From UHGV virus genome UHGV-1351772: a stretch of DNA of 64,000 bases; one strand, given 5' to 3'. Positions 36,201 to 45,258 of the stretch are shown here, one piece after another (within the stretch, counting starts at the first letter, position 1; every line of letters starts with the position of its first letter). Source of the stretch: a virus. The notes under the pieces are model-generated. The model saw only the letters and a list, made by a program, of their open reading frames with translations, had not been told where the DNA came from and did no database searches. A program made the translations under genes and the position numbers.

Positions 36201-39200
36201 GTGACTTTACCGAAGAAACTTTTAGGCTTCATTTCACCTAAAGCGGCTTCGTTGTTCGAGAAAGCACGTGAGTGGCTAAATGAGGTTCCAGAGGGCGCAG
36301 AGAAAACCCGTTTACAAAGCATGATTTCCCGTGTAACGGGAATGCCAGCGCGTTTGTGGAACAATGCAAAACGCGGGTTTGAGAAGCTCAAAGAGTTGGC
36401 TTCTGATAACCCTCTGACACGTTGGTGGCAGAACCGTAAGGAAGGGGGTTCTGGTGGTGGGTTTAGTGTGTTCTCATGGTCGAACGGCCGTAAAACTAAC
36501 CACATCTTAATCCGTATCTACAAACTCCTTAACCGGAGATTGCCAGGTGAACCAGAAGATGATACCTGGACAGAACAGATGGAGCGGAATACGGGAGCCA
36601 GTTCAGTTAAAGGATTATTCCAACGTGCTAAAGACATACGCGATGGGTTCCGTGAACATTTTCAGGGGTTCCGGGATTGGCGCGGTCGGATGCGTGACAG
36701 AATGTCCCGTTATCGCGGTGCGGTAGGCGATCGTCTTTCTCGTTGGGGCGGTACCGCACGTGGTTGGTTTGATCGTTTCCGTGGCCGTGCAAGCGATATG
36801 GTCGATACTTTCCGCGATCCGCGTTACGATATCGGCACACGTTATCGAATGGAGAGTCGTTTAGCAGGACGCGATGACGATGTTGCTGAGTTTTATCGTC
36901 AACACATCTACGCAAGAGGTAAGGTGTCTAAAACACGTATCATCGATGCGGCAAAAGAAGACTTAGACACCGTAACGGATAGCGCTGGACGTGTGATTAA
37001 TAAAGGGAAACAGAAAGCCCGTAGCGTTGGGTCAGCTTTACTGGAACGCCTGAACCGAATGGTTAATCTTCAGGAAATGTCATGGTTTAACACCATGCGT
37101 GATTCTGCGGAAAAAGCAGGTGCTTCGGATGGTTTGTTAAGAACTATGTTCAGTAAGTTCGGCCAACGCAATAAACCGCCTGCCAGTGATGAAAAACGTG
37201 ATTACTTCCAGTTCTTCCGACGCCGTCGTCGTTCTAAGGAAGAGGAAAAGGCTAAGAAAGAAGCCGAGAAGAAAGGTGGTAAGCGCGGGGTGATGGATTT
37301 CCTTAAAGGACTGCCGTTGGTAGGACCGATTGTGAGTATTTTAGGCACAGTAGGTTCAATCTTAGGTAAAGTCGCGAAATGGGGAATCTTTAAGCCGGTT
37401 GGGTTTGCAGGCAAAGCGTTGTGGAACGTTGGTAAGTTTGCTGTGACTCGTTTGGCTGTCCCTGCGGTGAGTGCTGTCGCGACGGCAGCATCTGCAGTGG
37501 TAACTGCGGTTGGCTGGCCGATTATCGGTTTGGTCGCTGCAGGCGCTGCGCTATCTTGGTTTGCATATAAAACTGCAACCCGTGTGAATGCTCAGTATTT
37601 GGATAACATGCGATTGGCACAGTACGGATTTAGAGATCACGATGAGTGGTCTTCCGACGATGGCGCAAAAGCACGTTATTTAGAAGACAACTTGAAACCG
37701 TACATCTCTTATACAGAGAATGGCCAAGCACAGTTGCGTGGTTTGTCCGGTGACGACGTGAAGAAACTGGCCGAAGGGTTTGGTACTAACGTAGAAGACA
37801 AAGGCGAAATGCTGGCGTTTAGTGCGTTTATGCTACAACGTTTTGTGCCGATCTATTTACGTTGGATTACGGCACTGAAATCCATGGATAATGATATCGC
37901 GTTAGCAGATGTCGGTAATCCTGCGAAAGTGTCGAAGGCAGACATGTTGAATATCTTCAACAAAATGAAGATGTCGAAAGATGCGCCTGCATTCCGTGCA
38001 TTAGAAGATCCCCGCAAGGTTAACCAAGGTTGGTTCTCTAAAGCGTGGGATTTCGTAACGTTTACCCCGGCCGAGTTTTTGTCAGGCGAAGAAGTCGTTG
38101 AAGCGCAAGAACGCGTGCTTCGTTCGATTAACATGCGTCGTGATGAAAAACGTAAGGATGTAAATGCTACAGGCGGTGTGGCCGAAGGACACAAAGTTGC
38201 TTCTGTGGCAGAATCGACCCAAGCGTTGGCTCAAGCGGATGCGGAACGCAACAAAGAAGTTGCGAAAGTCGAAGGTTGGGAAGACGGCACCGAACAAGTT
38301 CAGGTTCAAGTCGACTGGAGAAGCTTACCTAAAGAAACCGATCTCCGTGATTTGGAGTCCGTAAGGTTGAAAGCTTATGGTGCGGTGAGTATTACTCAAA
38401 CAACCCGTAACCTCTATACGCTCTTGGAACGTCAAGTGTTGCAAGACACCGATGTGAAAAGCTGTACGTATAAAGGCGACTGGAAACGTGCGATTGCGGT
38501 GATTGCGCCTGACGCCATTGGTGGGCCAAAAGAAGATCGGTACAAGAACTGGTTCTATAACCGCTTCTTACCTGTCTTCATGACGTACGTGGTTGGGGTG
38601 AAACGTTATGTCCCTGCTGCCGATCCGATGGACCTACGCGTTACGGGTGGGTTCTTGTATGAAATCGCACTGATGATGCGTGGTGCATACAACCTGAAAG
38701 GGGGTATTCGTCAGTCAGTGTGGGAGGTACCGTTTAACCCGTTAGGGGGAGACGCTAACACCGACGCCGGTTCAGTTGCAACGGAGTTAGAGAACCTGAA
38801 AGAACTGTCTAAGGAAGCTGATTTGGCAGTACGTAAAACGCTGCGTGCTACGCCTTCTGCGGGTTTCCGTGTGAACTGGCAGCGAAAAGATCGCGCGACT
38901 CAGATGTTCTTGACCGACGATGAGAAGGAGCAACCGTCTCGACCACAGATGAACACCTCCTCCTCTTATCGTGACCTATTGCAACCAGCGGCAAACGACG
39001 GTGGGAATTACGGCACACCAAACGATTTGGCCGGTGCTTACGGTCAGATGGGAGCTAAGAATTACGCTGCATTTACTACCGGTAACTTCGGCGTGAAACT
39101 TGGCGATATGCAAGACGGTGACTATAAAACGTTAGCGGCTAAGTATCCAATTTCAACGTTGGGTGACGGATTGAAGCCTAACTTGAATGCGGTTGCAGCA

Positions 39201-40337
39201 CTGATTACAGACGTAGCGAAGATGATGGGTGTTCCTCCAGCGTTAGCACTGGGAATGGCACAAGCAGAATCTGGGCTTAGATACGGTATCAAAGCTAAAG
39301 GAAGTTCTGCGGCTGGCTTGTTCCAGTTCATCAACGATACCTGGGGTGCGCAGATGAAAGCTTATGCGAGACGTTATGGTATCCCGCAAACCAACCAGTA
39401 TGACCCGTGGGCGAATGCTCTGCTTGGCGTCCGTCATATTCGTGATAATATCGAGAAAGCCAGAAAGGATTTAGGTGGTATCGATCCTCCAGGTGCAGCT
39501 GTTTACCTCTACCACTTCTTAGGACAAGGTGGCGGTAAGAAATTCCTGCAAGAATGGAAGCGTGATCCGAACGGGCCATCGTCGCGTGGTGCGTCGGCCG
39601 ATCAAATCGCGGCAAACAGCACAATTTTCTACAAGAATGGAAAATTGCGTAGTTTGGATGAAGTGCTCAACATCATGGGTGGTAAGATTGGTGCTGTAGG
39701 AACAAACGCGATCGCGGCTAACCAGGCATCGCTGAAAGACTTGACGACAGGCGTAACACCAATGCCGTCTTCCCCGGCTATCGCTGCAGGCGCTGCTAAC
39801 GATCCGTCTATCACAGGCCCGGCAGATAACCTGCCAGCCGCGAACGAGGCGAATCGCGACTCCGCTTTAGCAGACAAAGGCGCGATGGGTGCTGAAGATA
39901 TTAAAGCTGCAACTGGTGGTGGTCCGGCTGTGCCGAGTCCTGGCGGCGATGTCACGCCGAGCGATGCGTCAGTTGTTGTAGAGACGGTGGGTCAAAATGC
40001 ACGTGCTGATGGCCTGGCCGAAGAAGAGGTTGCTAAAGTAAAAGAAGGTGCTAGACAGCAGATGGAGAAATCGGCCCGTCCTGCACCAACGGTAACTTCC
40101 GATGCTCAGAGCGGTTCTACAGTGAACAGTGGTGATCCGATCAGTGTACAACAGCTGGCGGTTGCAAAAGAGTCTGCAGGCTATCTGAAAGAGATTGTAA
40201 CAATTCTTCGCCAGCGGCCACAGGCTATGCAAAACGGTCCGGCTAACCCGGCGTCAACCGCTCCGGGTTCGGCGTCACGTAACGTGTCAATAACTCAACC
40301 CGCGCCGCAACTCGACGTTAGTCGTAAATCAGCGTAA
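33261..40337 (+). CDS. giant virion-associated protein (2358 aa) with a hydrophobic cluster and a C-terminal-region lytic transglycosylase (SLT) domain
   Basis: SLT signature AQAESGLRYGIKAKGSSAAGLFQFINDTW (Glu codon at 39267-39269) followed by VYLYHFLGQGG. Several predicted TM helices lie at about nt 37290-37575. Basic KRRRKRKR tracts are present. From memory the architecture resembles phiKZ gp181. The start codon is uncertain. Confidence 0.75.
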   Translation: MDDWDDFDEPPRQQDQSRNPVMDTFRAARKSALSTIWPENKRDQVILKGMPKPAAEAYEGYQNVKAAGQDILAHTKDEIEKTSRVVKMQARQLGPTLKRYLPESVTRKIDKWARNDQIDYGNYDPKQAMMDRELDSVFSGAPQTADQQREAQEGMVEDRLRDTIKDMKSDALFQTVIGIAKDVNLTTSLSRGVLLNVQRKQLELQYRTLFALQDIAKLKQDEFARNTPALEAIVKNTALPDYAKEEFSEIRWANVKRKAAEWMNPLHYADNFIGQIRENAKKKISNIFSDGRGILEQVLGMAQEDDFDMSDSSSLSPDRRNTNSRNKAAGFAGGWLAKRLLQPQIERLQNWTRGELEKNPEVMKRLQLAKYGFGNLSSISNSAIAGETSGPLADLFRLMHDLGLVNPLRRETLALDDRSAESLSAAAKFDRKAYLSITEVIPTLLSEINKSIRRGYGEHHDQVYDLTTRGMVDRKVIGNRVRKAVANDDQRKRLQTYINDTVDFIDKDKTLDRKTRQALADYIESRASEGKAFDVGSLLKDPMHMYRYMNANAVEAIQGVLEARSAELVGGHHELSNAISNKIAAIQSTIRARQDTVDAASVIYGENALRDSGIFKYDAKKDIFEVDKDINDPYTLFNDLSMGKTRSGRSLTREQEIQRKLQNGSALGDYLRRMGAGAEPSFEDKELSNVRGGGKGGRGRGLSARQLAAVLYGEKSTNFVELLSSRPDTNAGLEQQFDRLIDAVRKQPESSTVQDILKHVKNMDEEGILLASLGGSRDDGDESESSSDSGRKRRRKRKRIVLGETGLLRRWAGVLWDTGSGVGRFGKNLFLRGKDRLQALGGFIRGKFSGGSSEGPGVFSRLKGLVTGTLSTGWNSAVAFGKGVLGVRDIYDERGNVVLQGSRLEAGEYYQADPKTEKLIQLKTLDDIKLGRDIVDEAGNLILAAADLAAAGKLRFYKGGKVQALFQYISGKAGTAVNKAVTLPKKLLGFISPKAASLFEKAREWLNEVPEGAEKTRLQSMISRVTGMPARLWNNAKRGFEKLKELASDNPLTRWWQNRKEGGSGGGFSVFSWSNGRKTNHILIRIYKLLNRRLPGEPEDDTWTEQMERNTGASSVKGLFQRAKDIRDGFREHFQGFRDWRGRMRDRMSRYRGAVGDRLSRWGGTARGWFDRFRGRASDMVDTFRDPRYDIGTRYRMESRLAGRDDDVAEFYRQHIYARGKVSKTRIIDAAKEDLDTVTDSAGRVINKGKQKARSVGSALLERLNRMVNLQEMSWFNTMRDSAEKAGASDGLLRTMFSKFGQRNKPPASDEKRDYFQFFRRRRRSKEEEKAKKEAEKKGGKRGVMDFLKGLPLVGPIVSILGTVGSILGKVAKWGIFKPVGFAGKALWNVGKFAVTRLAVPAVSAVATAASAVVTAVGWPIIGLVAAGAALSWFAYKTATRVNAQYLDNMRLAQYGFRDHDEWSSDDGAKARYLEDNLKPYISYTENGQAQLRGLSGDDVKKLAEGFGTNVEDKGEMLAFSAFMLQRFVPIYLRWITALKSMDNDIALADVGNPAKVSKADMLNIFNKMKMSKDAPAFRALEDPRKVNQGWFSKAWDFVTFTPAEFLSGEEVVEAQERVLRSINMRRDEKRKDVNATGGVAEGHKVASVAESTQALAQADAERNKEVAKVEGWEDGTEQVQVQVDWRSLPKETDLRDLESVRLKAYGAVSITQTTRNLYTLLERQVLQDTDVKSCTYKGDWKRAIAVIAPDAIGGPKEDRYKNWFYNRFLPVFMTYVVGVKRYVPAADPMDLRVTGGFLYEIALMMRGAYNLKGGIRQSVWEVPFNPLGGDANTDAGSVATELENLKELSKEADLAVRKTLRATPSAGFRVNWQRKDRATQMFLTDDEKEQPSRPQMNTSSSYRDLLQPAANDGGNYGTPNDLAGAYGQMGAKNYAAFTTGNFGVKLGDMQDGDYKTLAAKYPISTLGDGLKPNLNAVAALITDVAKMMGVPPALALGMAQAESGLRYGIKAKGSSAAGLFQFINDTWGAQMKAYARRYGIPQTNQYDPWANALLGVRHIRDNIEKARKDLGGIDPPGAAVYLYHFLGQGGGKKFLQEWKRDPNGPSSRGASADQIAANSTIFYKNGKLRSLDEVLNIMGGKIGAVGTNAIAANQASLKDLTTGVTPMPSSPAIAAGAANDPSITGPADNLPAANEANRDSALADKGAMGAEDIKAATGGGPAVPSPGGDVTPSDASVVVETVGQNARADGLAEEEVAKVKEGARQQMEKSARPAPTVTSDAQSGSTVNSGDPISVQQLAVAKESAGYLKEIVTILRQRPQAMQNGPANPASTAPGSASRNVSITQPAPQLDVSRKSA

Positions 40338-40346
40338 TAACAACAG

Positions 40347-40373
40347 GGGGGTAGGAAACTACCCCCGTTTTTT
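40347..40373 (+). terminator. rho-independent terminator after the giant gene
   Basis: GGGGGTAG-GAAA-CTACCCCC followed by GTTTTTT. Confidence 0.85.
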
Positions 40374-40384
40374 AGAGGTATAAC

Positions 40385-42556
40385 GTGGACGCTAGATCAG
40401 CTAACGACTCAAGCTGGGTCAGAAATCTATTTAAGGGAGAGTTGGAAGGCCGAGATGAACGTTTTCTGGCCTTGCGACGCTACTCTAACGGTATGATGTC
40501 TTTTGAAGATACGACCATGGGCGGTAGCAAAGCGATTAATAGCCCTCCACAGTTTACGTGGTTTGCAGACCCCCCATCAACAGGGGCATTTGCACGACCC
40601 GGTAATCGTGAAGCGGAGAAAAAGGCGTTGGCTAACGGTATGCCAACCTCTTCTTATCGCTTAGGGACGTATTATTACGAAAGCATTAACCAAAATTCGT
40701 TTTACGTACATTGTCGCTTCGGCAAGCCGAAATATCTGGGAATGGCCGCATTCTTTGCGAATATGTACGATTCCAACTTAGCGTATTTAGCGCGTACGGG
40801 CGATTATCCGGGAATGATCCGCACGATAGCAAGTTATATCGGTGCGGCAGCGATATGGGCCACTGTAGGCACTGTCGCTTTTGCGGTAATTTTAATTACT
40901 CCTCGCATTCTCGCAGCAGCGTTGAATAAACAAACGTCGCGTTACTATTACGTTAAACCGACGATGCATCTGTATTTGCGTGCTGTACAGAACATCTTGA
41001 ATACGCAGCTTGTTTATCGTCGTTTGGTTCCCACGGGTATCTTAGGTACCTTCCAGGTTAGTCAAGACGGCGATGGAAAAGGGAACAAAAAAGCACGTGA
41101 TGATGCTTTTGAAGCGTTGCCGGAGGTTTGGAAAAAAGACGGTGAATTCGATGTCTTTAAGATGATCAACCGTTATCAAACCCTGGCGAACTATCAGAAT
41201 CAACGTTTAAAAGAACTTCGTAAGCAGTCCTCAAGTGACGATGATTTCGCCGAGCGGATACGAAATTTCTATTTGGACAGCACATATGGTGCGGCTTCGT
41301 ATTCTGACGATGTGAGAAATTACGAAGTTTCTTTGCAAGACATGGAGCGGTTAGCTGCATCCGAGCGCGGTGGCTATGCGGCGAAAGACGCGTCGGGCAA
41401 AGATATTAATAGTGTTGATGAACTGGAAAAAGGGGTTCTCGATGCGTTTAGTTCCGGGCTACAAACTGGGGGAACGGCAAGCGACCTAGAGGCGCAGGCG
41501 GCAGAAATCCAAAACAAAATGAACGAGGATTTGGAAAATGCCGATGCGAGTAACCTCACCGAGGGACAACAGATTACGATACAGTCCTGGGCGGATAAAG
41601 GTAAAGAATCGACTATGGAGACGTTCTTCGGCGACTTTGTTAAAGTGGTTGGCGAACAGATTGAAGGGATTAAAGCACAGGCGCTGTCCGAAATCTACAA
41701 CGGTTCTCAGTGGGTAACCTGGAGAATCGATGGGAAGGACACCGTCTCTCGTTCGTTCTCTAACTCTACAAAAGAGCCGGAGATCTCTAGCACAGTTAAC
41801 TCAATGACAGCGAAAGCTCGTCAACTTGAAGTAAACTTGTCCGGCGGGCAAACCGGCTTCAACGCGGTCGATTCATTAATTACGGGCTTTAAGTCCGTAA
41901 TGCGTGGGTTAGCAGATACGTTGCATCTAACGGGGATTATGTCGTTATATAATTCATCCGTCATTGACTTCCCAGAGGTGTGGGACAGTTCAGATGCCTC
42001 GGGCGATGATATTAACTTGACAATACCTTTACGTGCATGGTCTGGAAGTGACCTGGATATCTTCCAGGAAATTCTAGTGCCACTATCCTTTTGGATCGCC
42101 GCAGTATGTCCAATTGCGACAGGTAAACAATCGTTCACTCATCCGTTTTATCTGGAGTGTTACTCGCAAGGTCGATTCTCGTTCCGTAATGCTATCGTAA
42201 CATCTTTGTCTTTACAATTCGGTGTGGGTGGTTTAGGTTGGCGACCAGGTGATTCTGTTCCACTGTCTTGTGATATCAATGTTACCATCCGTGATTTGTC
42301 GCGTGTGATGTATATGCCCATCGTTACAGACACAGGTGTTTGGGACGACGATAATAAATTCAGTGAGTTTATGGCGTGTTTGGGTGCAGCGACGTTGTAC
42401 GAACGTACGAACGGTATAGAGCGTGCCAAGATCCAAGGAAGCATTTGGGCGCAGAACTGGGCATCTGCGTGGTCACAGGGCAGTTTTATTAACTCTGCGT
42501 TTGATGTGCTTCCAGCACGCCAGATCGCGAACATCTTCTTGCCGCAAGCACGTTAA
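40385..42556 (+). CDS. hypothetical protein (723 aa) with one hydrophobic segment
   Basis: GTG start after AGAGGT. Hydrophobic segment is IGAAAIWATVGTVAFAVILITP. No motif recognised. Confidence 0.7.
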   Translation: MDARSANDSSWVRNLFKGELEGRDERFLALRRYSNGMMSFEDTTMGGSKAINSPPQFTWFADPPSTGAFARPGNREAEKKALANGMPTSSYRLGTYYYESINQNSFYVHCRFGKPKYLGMAAFFANMYDSNLAYLARTGDYPGMIRTIASYIGAAAIWATVGTVAFAVILITPRILAAALNKQTSRYYYVKPTMHLYLRAVQNILNTQLVYRRLVPTGILGTFQVSQDGDGKGNKKARDDAFEALPEVWKKDGEFDVFKMINRYQTLANYQNQRLKELRKQSSSDDDFAERIRNFYLDSTYGAASYSDDVRNYEVSLQDMERLAASERGGYAAKDASGKDINSVDELEKGVLDAFSSGLQTGGTASDLEAQAAEIQNKMNEDLENADASNLTEGQQITIQSWADKGKESTMETFFGDFVKVVGEQIEGIKAQALSEIYNGSQWVTWRIDGKDTVSRSFSNSTKEPEISSTVNSMTAKARQLEVNLSGGQTGFNAVDSLITGFKSVMRGLADTLHLTGIMSLYNSSVIDFPEVWDSSDASGDDINLTIPLRAWSGSDLDIFQEILVPLSFWIAAVCPIATGKQSFTHPFYLECYSQGRFSFRNAIVTSLSLQFGVGGLGWRPGDSVPLSCDINVTIRDLSRVMYMPIVTDTGVWDDDNKFSEFMACLGAATLYERTNGIERAKIQGSIWAQNWASAWSQGSFINSAFDVLPARQIANIFLPQAR

Positions 42557-42572
42557 TGTTTGAGAGGAAATA

Positions 42573-43136
42573 ATGGCTAATACGCTATTAGGTAAATCAG
42601 GAAAACAACTGGTTTATGAGTTATTAGTAAAAAAGAATCCTGGTTTGGTAGAGAAAGGTATTACAATCGATAAGTTGAATTTTGGTACACCGTCACATAT
42701 TCCTGCGGTAGAAACACCAGAAACCCAATTTACACGATTAAATACCCAACTTAGCGTCCAGGGAATTATTGAACAGAAAACGTTTGGTAAAATCGACGTT
42801 ATTTATCGTCGATTGGATTTAGAGCACCTCTTAGGTGACTTTGTAGTTTCTGTTGCGGGTGTTAATGCGGCTACGGTATCTGAGGTACTACAGCTTTTCC
42901 GCAATAAGTACAATTTACAGATTACCGACGATGAAGTTGAGAACCCAACAGCTGCACCAGACAGCAAAGATAAAACCATCATTATCATGAATGGGACATC
43001 TTTGGCATGGACAGGGCGGCTGGAAGTGTACTTAACAGAGCTGCCGTCCGACGGTAAGGATATTTCGAAGTTGATTAAAGTCACTGAACTTGACGGTTTG
43101 ACGTATATCTCTTCTGGGATTGTTCCAGGCGCTTAA
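42573..43136 (+). CDS. hypothetical protein (187 aa)
   Basis: GAGAGGAAATA-ATG. Confidence 0.65.
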   Translation: MANTLLGKSGKQLVYELLVKKNPGLVEKGITIDKLNFGTPSHIPAVETPETQFTRLNTQLSVQGIIEQKTFGKIDVIYRRLDLEHLLGDFVVSVAGVNAATVSEVLQLFRNKYNLQITDDEVENPTAAPDSKDKTIIIMNGTSLAWTGRLEVYLTELPSDGKDISKLIKVTELDGLTYISSGIVPGA

Positions 43137-43159
43137 AAAAGAAAAAAAATAAGAAAGTC

Positions 43160-43185
43160 TACCTACCTCCGAAAGGAGGTAGGTA
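43160..43185. terminator. bidirectional terminator (TACCTACCTCC..GGAGGTAGGTA family)
   Basis: 11-bp perfect stem with loop GAAA, flanked by an A-run and a T-run. Confidence 0.9.
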
Positions 43186-43192
43186 CTTTTAT

Positions 43193-44023
43193 TTATTTCG
43201 CCAGATCTGCTTCTTTTACAAAGATACCGTCGGCGTTCAGATAACCTTTACGGTCTTTGATTTCGTGCCAGGCCAAAGAGAAACAATGGCGAATGTTAAG
43301 ACGATAATAGAGAGCGAGTCGCGCAAGACGATGTAAAGCCCAACCTAACGTAACAGTACCCAGTTCAGTACGTAAGAACGCAGTAGCGAAGATTTCGGTA
43401 GCCTCTAAATACAACTGGTGTGGATATTTGGTATCGTTTAAACGTTCTTCAACGTCAGCGACATCATCTACCTGCAATTGTAAACCGCGTTCGATGACTT
43501 CAGCGGTTGTCATTCCGCCAGTCACTCTGTCCTTATCCAGTTCCAGGATGTTTACCAGAACCACCAACGCATCGCCGATGCCGTCCATGATCAGTTCAGG
43601 TTTGTTTTTGCTGATACCTGTTGCAATCTCACCAAATTCTTCATAGAACTTTGTGATTTGAGTTTCCAGTTTACCGTTGTCGAGAATACCACGTTCTTTA
43701 GACCAACCTTTAACACGTTCTACACAGTTTTCAATAGAGTAGACCGGAACAGATTCTGTATGCATTACCGTGCCGTTGTAAACAGCATCGGTAAGCTTAA
43801 TAGGCGCTACAATTGTTTCGATGTCCAGTTCTTGATTACCGGTGTGACGTTTACCTTCTACACGAATACGGTTGGTACCAGGGTTTACACCAATTGTGTA
43901 AATAGCATCGAACTGTACTGCATTCTCATTCAGAGCGCGCAGTTGTGCGTTAACTTCTTCCAGGTGCTGACCAGGATTAACCACGATGTTGTAAATAGTG
44001 TTGATGTCAAAACGTTCGCCCAT
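43193..44023 (-). CDS. MazG-like all-alpha NTP pyrophosphohydrolase with an N-terminal extension (276 aa)
   Basis: KFYEEFGEIATG (EExxE) and MDGIGDALVVLVNI (DxxD) motifs lie in the C-terminal half. Confidence 0.6.
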   Translation of the reverse strand: MGERFDINTIYNIVVNPGQHLEEVNAQLRALNENAVQFDAIYTIGVNPGTNRIRVEGKRHTGNQELDIETIVAPIKLTDAVYNGTVMHTESVPVYSIENCVERVKGWSKERGILDNGKLETQITKFYEEFGEIATGISKNKPELIMDGIGDALVVLVNILELDKDRVTGGMTTAEVIERGLQLQVDDVADVEERLNDTKYPHQLYLEATEIFATAFLRTELGTVTLGWALHRLARLALYYRLNIRHCFSLAWHEIKDRKGYLNADGIFVKEADLAK

Positions 44024-44063
44024 CTTAAAACTCCATTAGTTTAAACAAAAAGAATAAGGATTA

Positions 44064-44084
44064 GGGGTGCTACATAAGCACCCC
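44064..44084 (-). terminator. terminator after CDS 44093..44455
   Basis: GGGGTGCT..AGCACCCC hairpin followed on the minus strand by T-rich sequence. Confidence 0.65.
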
Positions 44085-44092
44085 ATGAACTG

Positions 44093-44455
44093 TTAAATTT
44101 TGCAAGCCCCGCCTGAGCAGTTATCGTCTTCCGTGGTTGGATCAGCACCCTTCTCTACGGTAGCTTCCGGGTCTAACCCAGGGATTGCAAATTCGTCAGT
44201 TTCTTTAACGTTTTCTACTTTAACTTCTTCAGACATTTTAGTTCCCAAATTTCTTACAAAGGGGTTAACAGTTTTGATTTTAAGATTGGCAAATGGTGAT
44301 AGTAGCATTGCCAACCGTGGTAGACTTGGCGGTGCCTCTTTATATTGTACAACGCGCACCTTCGACCTACCAGGACCCTTACGTACACGGTTGTAGCCAA
44401 TAAAATATACAGTACCTGTAAAGTATCTAAGGCTGTGAAAGCGTGGTTTCTTCAT
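44093..44455 (-). CDS. hypothetical protein (120 aa); alternatively only the acidic 47-aa C-terminal part from the internal ATG at 44235
   Basis: AAGGAAGTGCG-ATG at 44455. The N-terminal half is oddly basic and the C-terminal half is acidic, ending DDNCSGGACKI. Confidence 0.4.
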   Translation of the reverse strand: MKKPRFHSLRYFTGTVYFIGYNRVRKGPGRSKVRVVQYKEAPPSLPRLAMLLSPFANLKIKTVNPFVRNLGTKMSEEVKVENVKETDEFAIPGLDPEATVEKGADPTTEDDNCSGGACKI

Positions 44456-44575
44456 CGCACTTCCTTTTCGACAACTAACCCATTAAATGTATTACGACGT
44501 CTTTAGTTACTGAGTTTGCCAGTAAGCGGAAGAACTTCATGTAACGGAAAATGCTAAAGAAAACCCCAGCGTTAT

Positions 44576-44920
44576 CTACAATAACAAGACTGTATTTTTC
44601 TTTTCTGTACCCATTTGGTAACCGATGATTTGAGTGATACTCTTCGGTAAGTCTTCGAGACCCAAACGGAATAGCACATCGTCCTCTAAGAACCCTTTTG
44701 GATTAACGAACAATACTTTCCCTTTATGGTTCTTAGCTAACTCGACAGCAAAGTCTGTAAGTCCTGTCTGTCTACCTGTACCGTAGCGGATAGTACGGAA
44801 CTCAGATAAAGCTTTGGCTCCATAACGATCGGTAAACGGATTATCTTTAGAATCCAGATCAGTTAAACCTTTTGATAATTCTTCTACTACGATGTTATAG
44901 TTAACATGAGTTTTAGACAT
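44576..44920 (-). CDS. hypothetical protein (114 aa)
   Basis: AAGGAA RBS. Confidence 0.6.
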   Translation of the reverse strand: MSKTHVNYNIVVEELSKGLTDLDSKDNPFTDRYGAKALSEFRTIRYGTGRQTGLTDFAVELAKNHKGKVLFVNPKGFLEDDVLFRLGLEDLPKSITQIIGYQMGTEKKNTVLLL

Positions 44921-44954
44921 TTCATTGTTCCTTTTAATTACAAGCGAAATAACT

Positions 44955-45251
44955 TTATTGAAAATCTCGTTTGGCCTTGCTGATGATTTGAGATATTCGG
45001 CTTGGCGTCACTCCGTGTATTTCGGCCAATTTCTTGTTACTTAGGCCACCCAATTTACCAACAAGAATATTCAATACACGTAAGTCTTTTAACGTTGCCG
45101 AAATCTTTTCTAAGATTTCGATATCAGCTTGATCAAACTTACCTTTGGTCTGCAATGCTATCCCAGCACGCTCGGTAATAGTTTTTAGCTCAGCTAATCG
45201 ACTAATGCCGAAAGAAGTTAACTCCGCGTACGATTTCTCATTAATCATCAT
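44955..45251 (-). CDS. small helix-turn-helix DNA-binding protein (98 aa)
   Basis: C-terminal LSNKKLAEIHGVTPSRISQIISKAK resembles sigma-70 region 4 / LuxR-type HTH. Confidence 0.5.
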   Translation of the reverse strand: MMINEKSYAELTSFGISRLAELKTITERAGIALQTKGKFDQADIEILEKISATLKDLRVLNILVGKLGGLSNKKLAEIHGVTPSRISQIISKAKRDFQ

Positions 45252-45258
45252 GTACCCC

